A DNA stretch of 64,000 nt from Patescibacteria group bacterium (GCA_038062955.1 JBBTWE010000001.1:453640-517639), one strand, 5' to 3'. Positions 50,948 to 61,145 are shown, numbered from the stretch's first letter. A program made the numbers and translations. Notes: generated from the letters alone by a model not told the origin.

Positions 50948-51987
50948 TACTGACTTATATGTTCACGATGAATTTCAAAATAGATATCAAGGAGGGCAAA
51001 AAGCAAACTCAAAACAAGTGGGCCAAGGATAAATCCAAGGGGACCAAAAAGAGATAGACCGCCAAAGATTGAGAGTAAAATTAAAAATGGATGAATGTGC
51101 ATTCCACGCTCCACGAGTCTTGGACCCAAAAAGTTATCAATAAGCCCGACTGCCGCTACTCCCCAAATGATAAGTCCTATCGCAAAAGGTGTCTGCCCGC
51201 TCCAAAAAAGATATAAAGCGGCTGGAACAATCACAAGTGCGGTGCCAAGGCCGGGTATCAAAGCGGTTATCGCCGCAATACTTCCCCAAAGCACAGGATT
51301 TGGAACATTGAAAATTAGGAAACCGATTGCGGTGAGAGCTCCTTGAATTAAAGCTATTCCAAGATTCCCGCGAATGACAGCATTGATCGCGGACTTAAGT
51401 TTGCGAAAAATAGCTTCATCATGATTATCTTGGAGAGGACTCGATGCCACAATTGCTCGTTTAAGTCTGCTTCCATCTTTGAAAATGTAATAGAGAGCCA
51501 TAAGAAATATAAAAACTCCCACAAATGCGGCGGCAAAATTTGAAACAATAGATGTTATGTGAGGAATGAACCATTTTAGACCTTGTTCGGTATATTGTTT
51601 TAAATCAAAGGAAAAATCAGCAGGCAGAAAGGCTAGATTCTTAATATTATTTACCAATTGCTCAACTTTATTATTGAAAGCGGAATTACTACCCTCTTCG
51701 GTAATAGAAAGATAAAGATGGGACGTTTCTTGAAAAACTTGAGTTGCTAAAAAAGAAATTGGAATTATGACAACAATCAAAACCGATATTGTGGATAGCA
51801 AAGCGGCCAAAACTTTTTTCTGTCCAGTCCATGTAAGAATTTTTTGATGCAATGGGTCAAAAACAGTCGCAAAAACTACAGCCAGAATTAAAACATAAAT
51901 AAATGGTTTAAACAGAAAAAAACCTAAAGTTAAAACAATTAGGAGAAGAAAAAGCAAAAAATATAGTTCGGATTTGTGCTTATCCAT
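50947..51987 (-). CDS. AI-2E family transporter
   Basis: IPGLGTALV, IDNFLGPRL, HPFLILLSIFGG..FGPLGFILGP. Confidence 0.92.
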   Translation of the reverse strand: MDKHKSELYFLLFLLLIVLTLGFFLFKPFIYVLILAVVFATVFDPLHQKILTWTGQKKVLAALLSTISVLIVVIIPISFLATQVFQETSHLYLSITEEGSNSAFNNKVEQLVNNIKNLAFLPADFSFDLKQYTEQGLKWFIPHITSIVSNFAAAFVGVFIFLMALYYIFKDGSRLKRAIVASSPLQDNHDEAIFRKLKSAINAVIRGNLGIALIQGALTAIGFLIFNVPNPVLWGSIAAITALIPGLGTALVIVPAALYLFWSGQTPFAIGLIIWGVAAVGLIDNFLGPRLVERGMHIHPFLILLSIFGGLSLFGPLGFILGPLVLSLLFALLDIYFEIHREHISQ

Positions 51988-52032
51988 AAAGATAATATTC
52001 CCTTAATGTTATCACAAAAAACCACCTTTCAC

Positions 52033-52596
52033 TTAGTATTTCCTAATAACCCCCTTCACTACGCCGCCGATTGTAAGTTGGCTTTCCGGATAAATATTTT
52101 GAAAATTTTTATTGGCCGGTTCAAGAAAATATCCAGATTTCTCTTTCTTTAAATATTTAAGCGTCCAATCCCCGTCCACACAAGCTACCACGATATCTCC
52201 TATTTTTGCATTTTCAGTTTTTTCAACAATAACCAAATCCCCTTCGGTAATACTGGCATCAATCATTGAATCCCCAGAAACTGTAAGAACATAATGAGAC
52301 TTTTTATTTTTACCAACTATGTACTCATCAAGACTCATAGTTCCCGAGAAATCTTCCTCGGCTGCGGTTGGAAAACCAGCCTGAACAGTTCCTAATACCT
52401 TAAGTTCTCCTAAACTTAGTGGCGTAATTTTGCCTTGTGCATCTTTTTCGATCACACCTTCATCTTTAAGTTTATTTAAAAGTTTATAGACAGAATTTTT
52501 GGATTTGAAACCACAAAACTGCATGATCTCTTTATAACCTGGCATCCGCTTATTTCTTTCATAGAAATCGAGAATTTTCTCCTTGTATTGTTCCAT
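52033..52596 (-). CDS. lexA: LexA-like repressor (wHTH + S24 peptidase)
   Basis: MPGYKEI..GFKSKNSV HTH, AG cleavage site (VQAGFP), GDSM, WTLK. Confidence 0.88.
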   Translation of the reverse strand: MEQYKEKILDFYERNKRMPGYKEIMQFCGFKSKNSVYKLLNKLKDEGVIEKDAQGKITPLSLGELKVLGTVQAGFPTAAEEDFSGTMSLDEYIVGKNKKSHYVLTVSGDSMIDASITEGDLVIVEKTENAKIGDIVVACVDGDWTLKYLKKEKSGYFLEPANKNFQNIYPESQLTIGGVVKGVIRKY

Positions 52597-52602
52597 AGTG
52601 TG

Positions 52603-52728
52603 TAAAACTTCTATATTCAGCGCATCTCATCGTTACTTCGCTCCGAGCCTCCCTCACCGTATCAGTACATACGGCTCGGTACGGTTCTCACTTGCGCCTT
52701 GATCTGCATCTGAACATAAAAGTTTTTA
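52603..52728. repeat. Modular palindromic element (shell B + module C)
   Basis: taaaactt...aagttttta termini; fills the gap between the small ORF and lexA. Confidence 0.88.
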
Positions 52729-52730
52729 GT

Positions 52731-52925
52731 TTACTTACTGATGAGACGCTTGAAAAAGAACCCCCAAATCGAATCACTCTCCATTCCTCGAAGTCGAGCA
52801 GTCAATATCTTGTGTCTCAAAGATTCTTTCCTGTATGACTCGCCCTTAATAATCTTTCGATCAATTATGTTATTAAGGTGGGCCAATTCCAGTCTTATGT
52901 ATTTTTGAGATTGCTGTCTGCTCAT
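52731..52925 (-). CDS. Small hypothetical protein upstream of lexA
   Basis: 64 aa; ATG lies 6 nt after a TATACT -10 box. Confidence 0.7.
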   Translation of the reverse strand: MSRQQSQKYIRLELAHLNNIIDRKIIKGESYRKESLRHKILTARLRGMESDSIWGFFFKRLISK

Positions 52926-52931
52926 ACAAAC

Positions 52932-52961
52932 AGTATAGGTGAACTAGGGTTCACCAGTCAA
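52932..52961 (-). promoter_or_regulatory. Promoter containing a GAAC-N4-GTTC SOS-box-like operator
   Basis: TTGACT, 18 bp, TATACT; ggtGAACtaggGTTCacc fills the spacer (52938-52955). Confidence 0.75.
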
Positions 52962-53161
52962 GCTCATACCTGTGGATAACCTCGCGCATCTCAATTAAAA
53001 TATAGTTGATTGAGATGATTGGTTATCAAGTTATTTTTTATTATGATCGCCCCGTACTTGTTTTTGAAGTGTTGTTGGTGAGGATATAGCTTGATTCAAA
53101 ATAGCAAAAAAACTATCTTTATTTTTTGGGTTTATTTTTTTATTTTGATTCATATTTTTAA

Positions 53162-53419
53162 TTAGTCACCATAACCCTCCTTCTTCCACCACTCTAACAT
53201 TTCTTTTGGGTCAACACCACAGTGTCTCATACATTTTTTTATAGAAGACATTGTGCCATCAGGAATTTCTTCATTCCTGTTTGGTAATTTTAACGTATAG
53301 TTAAAGCCTCTTCTTGCCCATATTTCATCGTCTCCGTTTGTATTTGCAAGATAAAAATCTTTTGTTTCTAAAAATTTCTTTATGATTTCGGCTTTTCTTG
53401 CTCTGAAAAACTTAGGCAT
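53162..53419 (-). CDS. HicA-like toxin
   Basis: 85 aa; IKKFLE..F....G.. and P...EIPDGTMSSI dsRBD-like HicA pattern. Confidence 0.6.
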   Translation of the reverse strand: MPKFFRARKAEIIKKFLETKDFYLANTNGDDEIWARRGFNYTLKLPNRNEEIPDGTMSSIKKCMRHCGVDPKEMLEWWKKEGYGD

Positions 53420-53759
53420 GTGTACTAGACAATCTATTATTAGGTATGTGTTGGGTAAGAAGCTTTATTTCACCATTAAATCTTGAGAACAAATTAACAA
53501 TTGAGCTTAATAAAGGAGCAACAAAAAACAGCATCAAATATTTAAATGGTGGTCTCACATTTAACGACGGTTCGAGATTAGGATTTTTTTGCACGGTTTC
53601 AAGTAAAAGTATAGAACTCCTAAAAAGTCTTTCCACAAGGTCTTTTTCTGACTTTCCTTCTTCCACAAAACCAAACTCTTTGCAAATCCCAAGATAGCCT
53701 TTCTCACCTCTGTTTATTATAAGATAGTGTATTTTTCCTTTTTTAGCTGTATTTCTCAT
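53412..53759 (-). CDS. HicB-like antitoxin
   Basis: YLGICKEFGFVEEGKS..L pattern; overlaps the toxin gene. Confidence 0.55.
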   Translation of the reverse strand: MRNTAKKGKIHYLIINRGEKGYLGICKEFGFVEEGKSEKDLVERLFRSSILLLETVQKNPNLEPSLNVRPPFKYLMLFFVAPLLSSIVNLFSRFNGEIKLLTQHIPNNRLSSTHA

Positions 53760-53822
53760 AACCTATGTAAGTTATATATACTAAGAACAAAAAAAATTGT
53801 CAACATTAGTAATGAGGTGGCC

Positions 53823-54041
53823 TTACTTTTTATTTCCAGAAACAACGTAAAGGAAAAAATATCTAACACCTATCAATAATCCAGCGAACACTACAAACGT
53901 CAATAAAACAAAGTCATTTGTAAAAATATTATCAATGGCAGAAAAAAATATCAAAATAAAAATAATCCAAACAAAAACATAGATGCCTTTTGCAAATCTA
54001 AACCACCAATAATCTTTTAATTTTTCTCTCGGAATAGTCAT
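53823..54041 (-). CDS. Small two-TM membrane protein
   Basis: 72 aa with two hydrophobic helices. Confidence 0.65.
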   Translation of the reverse strand: MTIPREKLKDYWWFRFAKGIYVFVWIIFILIFFSAIDNIFTNDFVLLTFVVFAGLLIGVRYFFLYVVSGNKK

Positions 54042-54139
54042 TTTGATTAATATTTCAATTATACACCTATTATATCTTTAAAAAAGATAGAGTATAAGTG
54101 TTTTTCCTAAATCTTAAATCGTATATCTTAAATCTTCCT

Positions 54140-55375
54140 CTATTCGTAACGAAGCGCTTCCATCGGACTCTTCTTTGCGGCGCGGCGGGCTGGATAAATT
54201 CCGAAAACTAAACCGATAAAAGCAGAAACAGCGAGGCCCAAAATTGCAGCAGAAATTGGAAAAGTAAATGTCCAGCCGGAGGCAACAGTCGAACTCAAAA
54301 CAAGCGCTGCCAAAAATGAAATTCCAGCACCTAAAATTATTCCGATTACTCCTCCGAAGCCTGTCAGGATGATTGCTTCAAATAAAAATTGAAATAGTAT
54401 ATCTCCTTCTGTCGCTCCCAAAGCTTTCCGCAAACCAATCTCACGAGTTCTTTCAGTCACCGAAACAAGCATAATATTCATAATTCCAATACCTCCGACA
54501 ACCAGAGAAATCCCAGCAACCGACCCGAGGAGAGCGGTAAGCACAGTAGTGATAGTGCCAACAATGTCGGCCGCTTCTTCCGGAGTGTTTACGTTAAAAT
54601 CATCATTTTCCGGATCAGTAATTTTATGCGACTCACGTAAGGTAGCCTCAATATCATGTACGACACGCGGTACCATTTCCTTGGACTCGGCTTTTATCAT
54701 TATCGAATTAAAATGATTAGTGCCAGTTATATATTGCTGGGCAGTGGTATATGGCATGAGAACCATTTCATCAACACTGAAAATTGAAGTCTCACTATCT
54801 GGAAATACACCGATAATTCTATAAGACTGCTCTTTGATCCTAATTGTCTCGCCGACTGCGTCAGAAAGTCCGAAAAGATCTTCTTTAATAGTAGTACCCA
54901 AAACCGCCACTCTCGCTTTTTGTTTAACATCCTCTTCAGTAAAAAATTGTCCGACTTCCGGATAAACTCCCAAAATATCTGGGAAAATTTCTCCCGAACC
55001 AACTACTGTTGATCTTTTGGTTTCCCTCTCATAGACAACAGAAGCCGGTTGCATGACCATCGGGCTTATGTCTCGTAACCCTTGCACGTTGGCTTTGTTA
55101 CGTAGTGCCACAATATCTTTTGGTTTTAAAGAATCCGTATAAACTTCTGCAAAATTTGATGGGCCTTCCGGCTGTCTCCCCGGGTCAATCGAGATAGTAG
55201 TAGCACCCAATCCTTCAATCTGATTGAGAATTAAATCTTCGGCGCCTTGGCCAATAGACATAACAATAATGATTGAAGTAATTCCAATCACAATTCCAAG
55301 AATGGTCAGAAGTGATCTGGATTTGTTGGTGGCAAGGCCGGTGTATGCGGTTCTGATTCTGTGTTTAAATAACAT
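54140..55375 (-). CDS. MacB-type ABC transporter permease
   Basis: RSLLTILGIVIG, GGIGIMNIMLVSVTERTREIGLRKALGA. Confidence 0.95.
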   Translation of the reverse strand: MLFKHRIRTAYTGLATNKSRSLLTILGIVIGITSIIIVMSIGQGAEDLILNQIEGLGATTISIDPGRQPEGPSNFAEVYTDSLKPKDIVALRNKANVQGLRDISPMVMQPASVVYERETKRSTVVGSGEIFPDILGVYPEVGQFFTEEDVKQKARVAVLGTTIKEDLFGLSDAVGETIRIKEQSYRIIGVFPDSETSIFSVDEMVLMPYTTAQQYITGTNHFNSIMIKAESKEMVPRVVHDIEATLRESHKITDPENDDFNVNTPEEAADIVGTITTVLTALLGSVAGISLVVGGIGIMNIMLVSVTERTREIGLRKALGATEGDILFQFLFEAIILTGFGGVIGIILGAGISFLAALVLSSTVASGWTFTFPISAAILGLAVSAFIGLVFGIYPARRAAKKSPMEALRYE

Positions 55376-55378
55376 GTT

Positions 55379-55503
55379 TATAACTTTTGTATTTGACGCA
55401 TCTCATCGTTGCTTCGCTCTGGTGCTCCCTCGTCGTATTACTGAATACGTCTCGGTTCGCTCCTCGCTTGCGCCTTGATCTGCATTAAAATCTAAAAGTT
55501 CTA
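55379..55503. repeat. Modular palindromic element (shell B + module C variant)
   Basis: tataacttt...aaagttcta; occupies the whole intergenic gap inside the operon. Confidence 0.85.
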
Positions 55504-55504
55504 A

Positions 55505-56221
55505 TTATTTTGTGTAATTTTCGCTAACACGACGACCAGTCGCCAATTTTGTATCACTTTCAATCAGTCCATCTTTAATGCGGATTATTCTTCTTGCGTG
55601 TTCAGCAGTTCCTGTCTCGTGAGTAATAAGCATGATCGTCTGACCTTGATCGTTTAATTTCTGAATTATTTCCATCACAATTTTTCCCGATTTTGAATCC
55701 AAGTTTCCGGTCGGTTCATCAGCAAAAATGATGCTTGGTTTGTTTACAAGCGCACGCGCAATCGCCACTCTCTGTTTTTCTCCACCAGAAAGTTTGGCTG
55801 GTTCAAAGTCGAGACGATGACTCAAACCCACCGCCTCGATCGCCTCTCTCGCCCGAGCGTCCCACTCTGACTCCTTAACATCAGAATAAAGTAGGGGCAA
55901 TTTCACATTTTCGAGCACTGAAGTTCGTGACAATAAATTAAAAGCTTGAAAAATAAATCCTAATTTTTTATTGCGGATTTTTGCGACTTCCTCATCTGAA
56001 TATTTACCCATTTCACGTCCTTCAAAAATATATTCTCCAGAAGTATAGCTATCGAGAAAACCTAAAATCTGAAGAAGGGTTGATTTACCCGAACCCGATG
56101 GACCCATGACGGCCACAAATTCTCCAGGTTCAACTTTGAAATTTATACCATGAAGAACAGGGGTTAGAGTTTCCCCATCTTGATAGGTTTTTTTTAGATT
56201 TTTAACTTCAAGAAGCGGCAT
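55505..56221 (-). CDS. ABC transporter ATP-binding protein (MacB/LolD-like)
   Basis: GPSGSGKST, LSGGEKQRVAIARAL, ADEPTGNLD. Confidence 0.95.
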   Translation of the reverse strand: MPLLEVKNLKKTYQDGETLTPVLHGINFKVEPGEFVAVMGPSGSGKSTLLQILGFLDSYTSGEYIFEGREMGKYSDEEVAKIRNKKLGFIFQAFNLLSRTSVLENVKLPLLYSDVKESEWDARAREAIEAVGLSHRLDFEPAKLSGGEKQRVAIARALVNKPSIIFADEPTGNLDSKSGKIVMEIIQKLNDQGQTIMLITHETGTAEHARRIIRIKDGLIESDTKLATGRRVSENYTK

Positions 56222-56252
56222 AGATTAAGTCTAGATGTTACGGGTAAATCTA

Positions 56253-57794
56253 TTATTTAGTTTCTGTAAACACAATCACTTTGTCTCCCTCGGCAAGTCC
56301 TTCTGTTATTTCTACATTTCCATCAGAGCCACGAAGTCCTGTCTTTACAATTTTTTCTGCAATAGTACCGTCAATGTTCTGTACTTGAACAAATTTTTGT
56401 CCATCTCTCGAAATAACTGATCGGCCAGGCACCGCTAGAACATTCTCTTTCTTTTCACCCTTTACAGTTATGTCGGCGGTCATACCAGATTTGATTCGAT
56501 TGTCTGGCAGAGTAAATTCAAAGGTGGTTTTATAAGTCGCTACCCCATCAAGCAGAGTTTCAGCTGGATTCACAGACACCACAATCGCAGTAAACACGAC
56601 ATCATTTCCGTAAGCATCCAAGGTTACATCAGCCAAAGCTCCAACTTTCATCTTAGCAATGTCAGCCTCCGGTAAATTAGCTTCAATTTCATACTCATTC
56701 AAAGATATGAGAGAAATTACCGGTTCATTTTGAGAAATAGTTTCTCCAACTTCTGCCAGCACTTCTGTTACCACTCCATTTATTGGAGACCGAATAGCCC
56801 GGTGATTTATGGCAATTTGCGTGTCTTCGATATCAAGCTCGGCTTGTCTCACATCAATCTTAAGGCTTTCAATATCTTTATCTTCGTCAGTGATTCCCTC
56901 TTTGAAATTTTTAATATCATCTATAATCTCAAACAATTCTGAAAGATGCGTATTGATTGAGTCAGTAAATCCGTCTAGTGTTTCTTGATCTTCCACAAGT
57001 TCCTCCGGTAAGTCTTGATCGATTATTCTATTCTCAACTAAATCCACCAGATTGTTTACTTTCTTAACGACATCGGCAACGTCCTTGGCGACTTCATATG
57101 TTTGTTCAATCAATGATCCAATAGCTTCTGTCTCGGATTCTCGGTCAAGAGTTCTGTACAATTTTTGCATTGTTTCAAACTGTCTTTTGGCCGCAAAATA
57201 TGCTTTAGTTGTTTCCTTTCTCAAATCTTTGGCCGCATTTCCATAACGCAAACTAGTGACATCTCTCGATATATAATTATGAGAAAGTACATCGTCTAAA
57301 TCAGTAATTATCGAGGGTAAATCCAAAAAAGTTTCGGACACAATATTGAACCCATCTTCATAAGCAATCTTAAGATCATCTTCTGAATTAGTTTTTGTTT
57401 CCTGCTTATTTAGAGCGATTTTAGATCTCTCAAGTTCTGTTTCTTGCCTCGCAAGACGCACCCATAAGTCATCACTGTTCACTCGTAAAAGAGTTTGTCC
57501 TTTTATGATTTCTTGTCCAACTATTACATTGATAGCAACAATCTTACCACCAGACTCGATAGCCAATTCTACTTTTTCTGCTGATTCAACTCGGCCAGTT
57601 ACGCTAATTTCTTCAGCAACAGTCACAGGCACAACTTCTAAAACTTCGGTTTTGAGTTCATCACCGCCAGAAGCCATGACAAAACCACCAATTAAAAGGA
57701 TGATGGCTATGATTATCGAGAGAATTTTGTGTTTTTTCACAAAACCCCAGATTTTCCCCCAGATTTTTTTCAAGATGATTTTAATTTTTTGCAT
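56253..57794 (-). CDS. Efflux periplasmic adaptor subunit (MacA-like)
   Basis: TM anchor, lipoyl-like halves (IRSPINGVV), long helical hairpin, RIKSGMTA. Confidence 0.9.
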   Translation of the reverse strand: MQKIKIILKKIWGKIWGFVKKHKILSIIIAIILLIGGFVMASGGDELKTEVLEVVPVTVAEEISVTGRVESAEKVELAIESGGKIVAINVIVGQEIIKGQTLLRVNSDDLWVRLARQETELERSKIALNKQETKTNSEDDLKIAYEDGFNIVSETFLDLPSIITDLDDVLSHNYISRDVTSLRYGNAAKDLRKETTKAYFAAKRQFETMQKLYRTLDRESETEAIGSLIEQTYEVAKDVADVVKKVNNLVDLVENRIIDQDLPEELVEDQETLDGFTDSINTHLSELFEIIDDIKNFKEGITDEDKDIESLKIDVRQAELDIEDTQIAINHRAIRSPINGVVTEVLAEVGETISQNEPVISLISLNEYEIEANLPEADIAKMKVGALADVTLDAYGNDVVFTAIVVSVNPAETLLDGVATYKTTFEFTLPDNRIKSGMTADITVKGEKKENVLAVPGRSVISRDGQKFVQVQNIDGTIAEKIVKTGLRGSDGNVEITEGLAEGDKVIVFTETK

Positions 57795-57890
57795 AATTGT
57801 TTAAGAAATATGGCCTTTAGTTGCACTATATAAGCACAAATTAAAAAAATCGTCAACCCTTTTGACGATTTTTCTTTTATGAAGAGTTCT

Positions 57891-58016
57891 TAGAAATTTC
57901 AGATTTGAGACAAGTTTTTTAATAAAACCGAGTACCGGAGCGAGACGTATGTACTTATACGATGAGTGGAGGAGCGGAGATTTTAGTAAAAAAATTGGCC
58001 AAATGTGGAAGTTCTA
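57891..58016. repeat. Modular palindromic element (shell A + module C variant)
   Basis: tagaaatttcagatttg...ccaaatgtggaagttcta; overlaps the lysS TAG. Confidence 0.82.
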
Positions 58017-59516
58017 CTCGCGAGGGCGCATAAGGGGGAAAATTTGAGATTCTCTGATGCTCTTCCCGGCCAAAAAACTAAACAACCTCTCTGAAACTCC
58101 AAATCCAAAAGTTGGTGGCATTCCGTATTCCATCGCTTCAACATATTCAAAGTCTGCCATTTGTGCTTCTTCATCTCCCGCATCACGAAGAGCTTGTTGT
58201 TTTTCGAATCTTTCACGCTGATCAATCGGATCATTTAACTCATTGAAAGCTTTGCCGAGTTCGCTTCCAGCAAGAAGAATCTGGAAACGTTCCACTACCC
58301 TGTTGTCGGTCGGAGTCTTCTTGGCTAAAGGTTCAAGGTAGATCGGCATGCCGGTAAGAATTGCCGGACCCGCAATAGTTTTGCGAATTTTTTTCCAAAG
58401 TAAATCAACTCCTCTTCCTAAATCTATTTTGGTTTCATGTTTGATTCCAGCTTTCTTAAGGAGACCTTCTACTGTTTTAATGTCGGTGTCCCTCGGATCA
58501 ATTCCATACTCTTTCTTCATGAGTTCGTTGAAATCAAATTTCTCCCATTCCTTTCCTAAATCAATATCAAAACCATTGATTGTAAATTTCAAAGTGCCAA
58601 AAGTTTTTTGCGCAACAGTGCGATACAAATCAATGAGCATCGGCACTCCCTTGGTTGAGTCGGCAAAGGCTTCGTAGAACTCAAAAGAGGTATAGTCATT
58701 TGCGTGCTCGTAGGACATTCCTTCATTTCTAAAAATCCTGCCAATCTCAAATGTTTTTGGGAGTCCTCCAACCATTAATTTCTTCTGCCACAATTCCCCG
58801 ACTGAAATTCGAAGAAATACATCTATATCGAGCGCGTTGTGATGAGTGGTAAACGGACGAGCTTCGGCGCCACCGGTCATCGTTTCAAGTACTGGTGTTT
58901 CGACTTCAATAAATCCCCGCTCGAGCATAAATGTTCGAATCGCATTCCAAAAAATTGATCTCTTAACAATTCTCTCCGAAACTTCCGGATTTAAAATCAT
59001 GTCGAGGTAACGCCTGCGGTATCTTTCATCTTCATCTTTAAGACCAAACCATTCGTCTGGAATCGGTCGCAAACTTTTCGCAAGCATTCTCCAAGAACTT
59101 CCCAAGAGAGATTTCATGCCTCGCTTGGTAACAAAAGTTTTTCCGGTAACATCAATAAAATCTCCTGAATCAACAGCGTTCATAAAAAGTTCAAATTTAT
59201 CCGTTGGTCCGCCGGAGCTTGTTTCTTTTTTAGAAGCAGAGGAGACACCAATATCATCTTTCTTTAAAATCGTCTGAACTCGAACTGTTCCATCAAATAA
59301 ATCGGCAAAAACAATTCCGCCTTGGTTTCGAATAGACATTATTCTTCCAGCAAGAGTAACTTCTTTCCCAGACGAGCTAATTTCTTCAAAAGTCTCAAGG
59401 AATTTTTTATTTTCTAGTGTACGAAAAGAGTCCTTTGGATATGGATCCATTCCGGCCGCTTTCAATATTTCAATCTTTTTTAATCGCTCCTCGCGAAAAT
59501 TTTCTATATTCGACAT
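58014..59516 (-). CDS. lysS: Lysine--tRNA ligase (class II)
   Basis: YRRRYLD, GGAEARPF.THHNAL, FRNEG, EYGMPP; start at MSNIENF. Confidence 0.96.
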   Translation of the reverse strand: MSNIENFREERLKKIEILKAAGMDPYPKDSFRTLENKKFLETFEEISSSGKEVTLAGRIMSIRNQGGIVFADLFDGTVRVQTILKKDDIGVSSASKKETSSGGPTDKFELFMNAVDSGDFIDVTGKTFVTKRGMKSLLGSSWRMLAKSLRPIPDEWFGLKDEDERYRRRYLDMILNPEVSERIVKRSIFWNAIRTFMLERGFIEVETPVLETMTGGAEARPFTTHHNALDIDVFLRISVGELWQKKLMVGGLPKTFEIGRIFRNEGMSYEHANDYTSFEFYEAFADSTKGVPMLIDLYRTVAQKTFGTLKFTINGFDIDLGKEWEKFDFNELMKKEYGIDPRDTDIKTVEGLLKKAGIKHETKIDLGRGVDLLWKKIRKTIAGPAILTGMPIYLEPLAKKTPTDNRVVERFQILLAGSELGKAFNELNDPIDQRERFEKQQALRDAGDEEAQMADFEYVEAMEYGMPPTFGFGVSERLFSFLAGKSIRESQIFPLMRPRE

Positions 59517-59644
59517 ATATTTAGGTACTAGGAATAGTATATCAAATCCTTCCAAAATTGGCTTTTAATTGACAACAATCGAGACTCATACTATATTCTC
59601 ACAGTACTGTTCTTTCCAAAATCAAAACCCAACAAGGAGGGGTT

Positions 59645-60208
59645 ATGAACAACAAGATCACTCTACTTCGTCACGGCAGTGTGGAGAAGACTTTCGGCGA
59701 TCATCGAAAGCATCTGCTGTCCGACGAAGGTCGTCGCCAAGCCAGTGCATGCCGGGAAAAGCTCGGCAACCCACGCTTCGATTGTGTTCTTCATTCACCA
59801 CTTGAACGCACCCGAGAAACTGCTCGGATCGTTGCAGGTCTCGAGGAAGATGAAGCAACGACTGTAATTCGTCCATTGTTCTATGATGCCACACACCCCG
59901 GCGTCGGAGTCCTGGATATGGCGTTCCGAAGACTGCACCACGATTCGCTTTCGGAGTACTACAAACTTCCCAACGTCCGCAAGCACATGGAGGCTCTGGC
60001 GTTGGATGCTTTCGCTCTCCTCGACGTGGAAATCAAATGCAGAAATGCAAAAGAAATCCTTGTAGTCGGGCATTGCGTGCTTCTTCTCGCTCTGTGCGCA
60101 GTCATCGCAGACAACGATGAACCCTTCATGAGCCGAGTCCTCGGCGAGTGCGAGGGTTATCGAATTCAGATGGAAAAAGGTCGGGCAAGTTCGATCGAAC
60201 CCATCTGA
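59645..60208 (+). CDS. Histidine phosphatase family protein (GC-rich cassette)
   Basis: LLRHG, SPLERTRETA, LVVGH; TTGACA-17-TATATT promoter from 59569, SD aggagg, terminator at about 60218-60258. Confidence 0.9.
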   Translation: MNNKITLLRHGSVEKTFGDHRKHLLSDEGRRQASACREKLGNPRFDCVLHSPLERTRETARIVAGLEEDEATTVIRPLFYDATHPGVGVLDMAFRRLHHDSLSEYYKLPNVRKHMEALALDAFALLDVEIKCRNAKEILVVGHCVLLLALCAVIADNDEPFMSRVLGECEGYRIQMEKGRASSIEPI

Positions 60209-60260
60209 CTACACCTCGAACCCCAGTTCCACATTGTGGACCTTGGGGTTCTTTTTTATA

Positions 60261-61145
60261 TTAATAACCGAGTTTTTCGGAGACGAGTATGATGTGGAAC
60301 TTGCGGCCCATTTGAGCAAACTCGCGGTTTATAATTAGAAGTTTGGAAATAAAACTACCTCCCCATCCGAGACCTTTTGCACGAGCATCTTCAAGGGGAA
60401 ACACGTAATCTTCTAGACGTGTGATTGCTTTTTCAAGATTCGATGCAATCTTTTGTGTTCCGACAACTAAAATAAGATTTGGTGAGGTAAAAACAAGATG
60501 CGGTAATTGACTACCAGAATTTGAAGCGATAACAATCTCCCCTGTCTGCGCTACCGCATGAGCACTTCCTAGATAAAAATCAGAAAGAACAGACTCTTTG
60601 CGAAGTTTGGCTTGTTTAACGGGATCTTTTTCTTTAAGAACCGCTTCATGGAGATTATTCCAACCATGCTTGCCTGCTTTAAGAAAATCAACAAATCCAA
60701 TCTCTTCGAGTGTTCGGGATGAGCCATTCATAACTGATGCTCCTTTTGGAATTAGCTCCTTAATTCTCGCAAGTGCTTCTGCTTTGGTTGCAACTGTTTC
60801 TGCTAATAATCCTTTCTTCTTAAGAGCTTCGATCGTCTTTGTAATTACTTTTTGATCCGCTAACTTTTCATATTTTTTTGTTTTGGGCATAGTTTTTTTG
60901 TTATTTTTTATAAAGCTAAGTTTTTCTTCTCTTTTTAAAGATTTAATTTCAGCTTCCCTTTTTCGAGCTTCGTTATATGTAGAAAATTTTTCTTGGTATC
61001 TAAGAATAACAGGTCTGCGAATTTTTGTGTAATGTGCCCCTGATTTTAAATTATTATGTGCATGCAATCTTTTTGTAAGATCATTGGTTGATCCAACATA
61101 CAAGGTCTTATCTGCACATTCAAGAATATAGACAAGATAGGACAT
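60261..61145 (-). CDS. GIY-YIG (UPF0213-like) domain in frame with a LUD/lactate-utilization domain
   Basis: aa 1-80: YLVYILEC.D..LYVGST..RL..HN..A.KREAEIK. From Met86 (60890): GSSRTL.EIG, G.IVIASNSGSQL, VVGTQKI. Confidence 0.82.
   Translation of the reverse strand: MSYLVYILECADKTLYVGSTNDLTKRLHAHNNLKSGAHYTKIRRPVILRYQEKFSTYNEARKREAEIKSLKREEKLSFIKNNKKTMPKTKKYEKLADQKVITKTIEALKKKGLLAETVATKAEALARIKELIPKGASVMNGSSRTLEEIGFVDFLKAGKHGWNNLHEAVLKEKDPVKQAKLRKESVLSDFYLGSAHAVAQTGEIVIASNSGSQLPHLVFTSPNLILVVGTQKIASNLEKAITRLEDYVFPLEDARAKGLGWGGSFISKLLIINREFAQMGRKFHIILVSEKLGY

Noticed and set aside
52971-52979. DnaA box TGTGGATAA (and a near match at about 5223)
   Set aside because: Isolated boxes with no cluster or dnaA nearby; not enough for an origin call.
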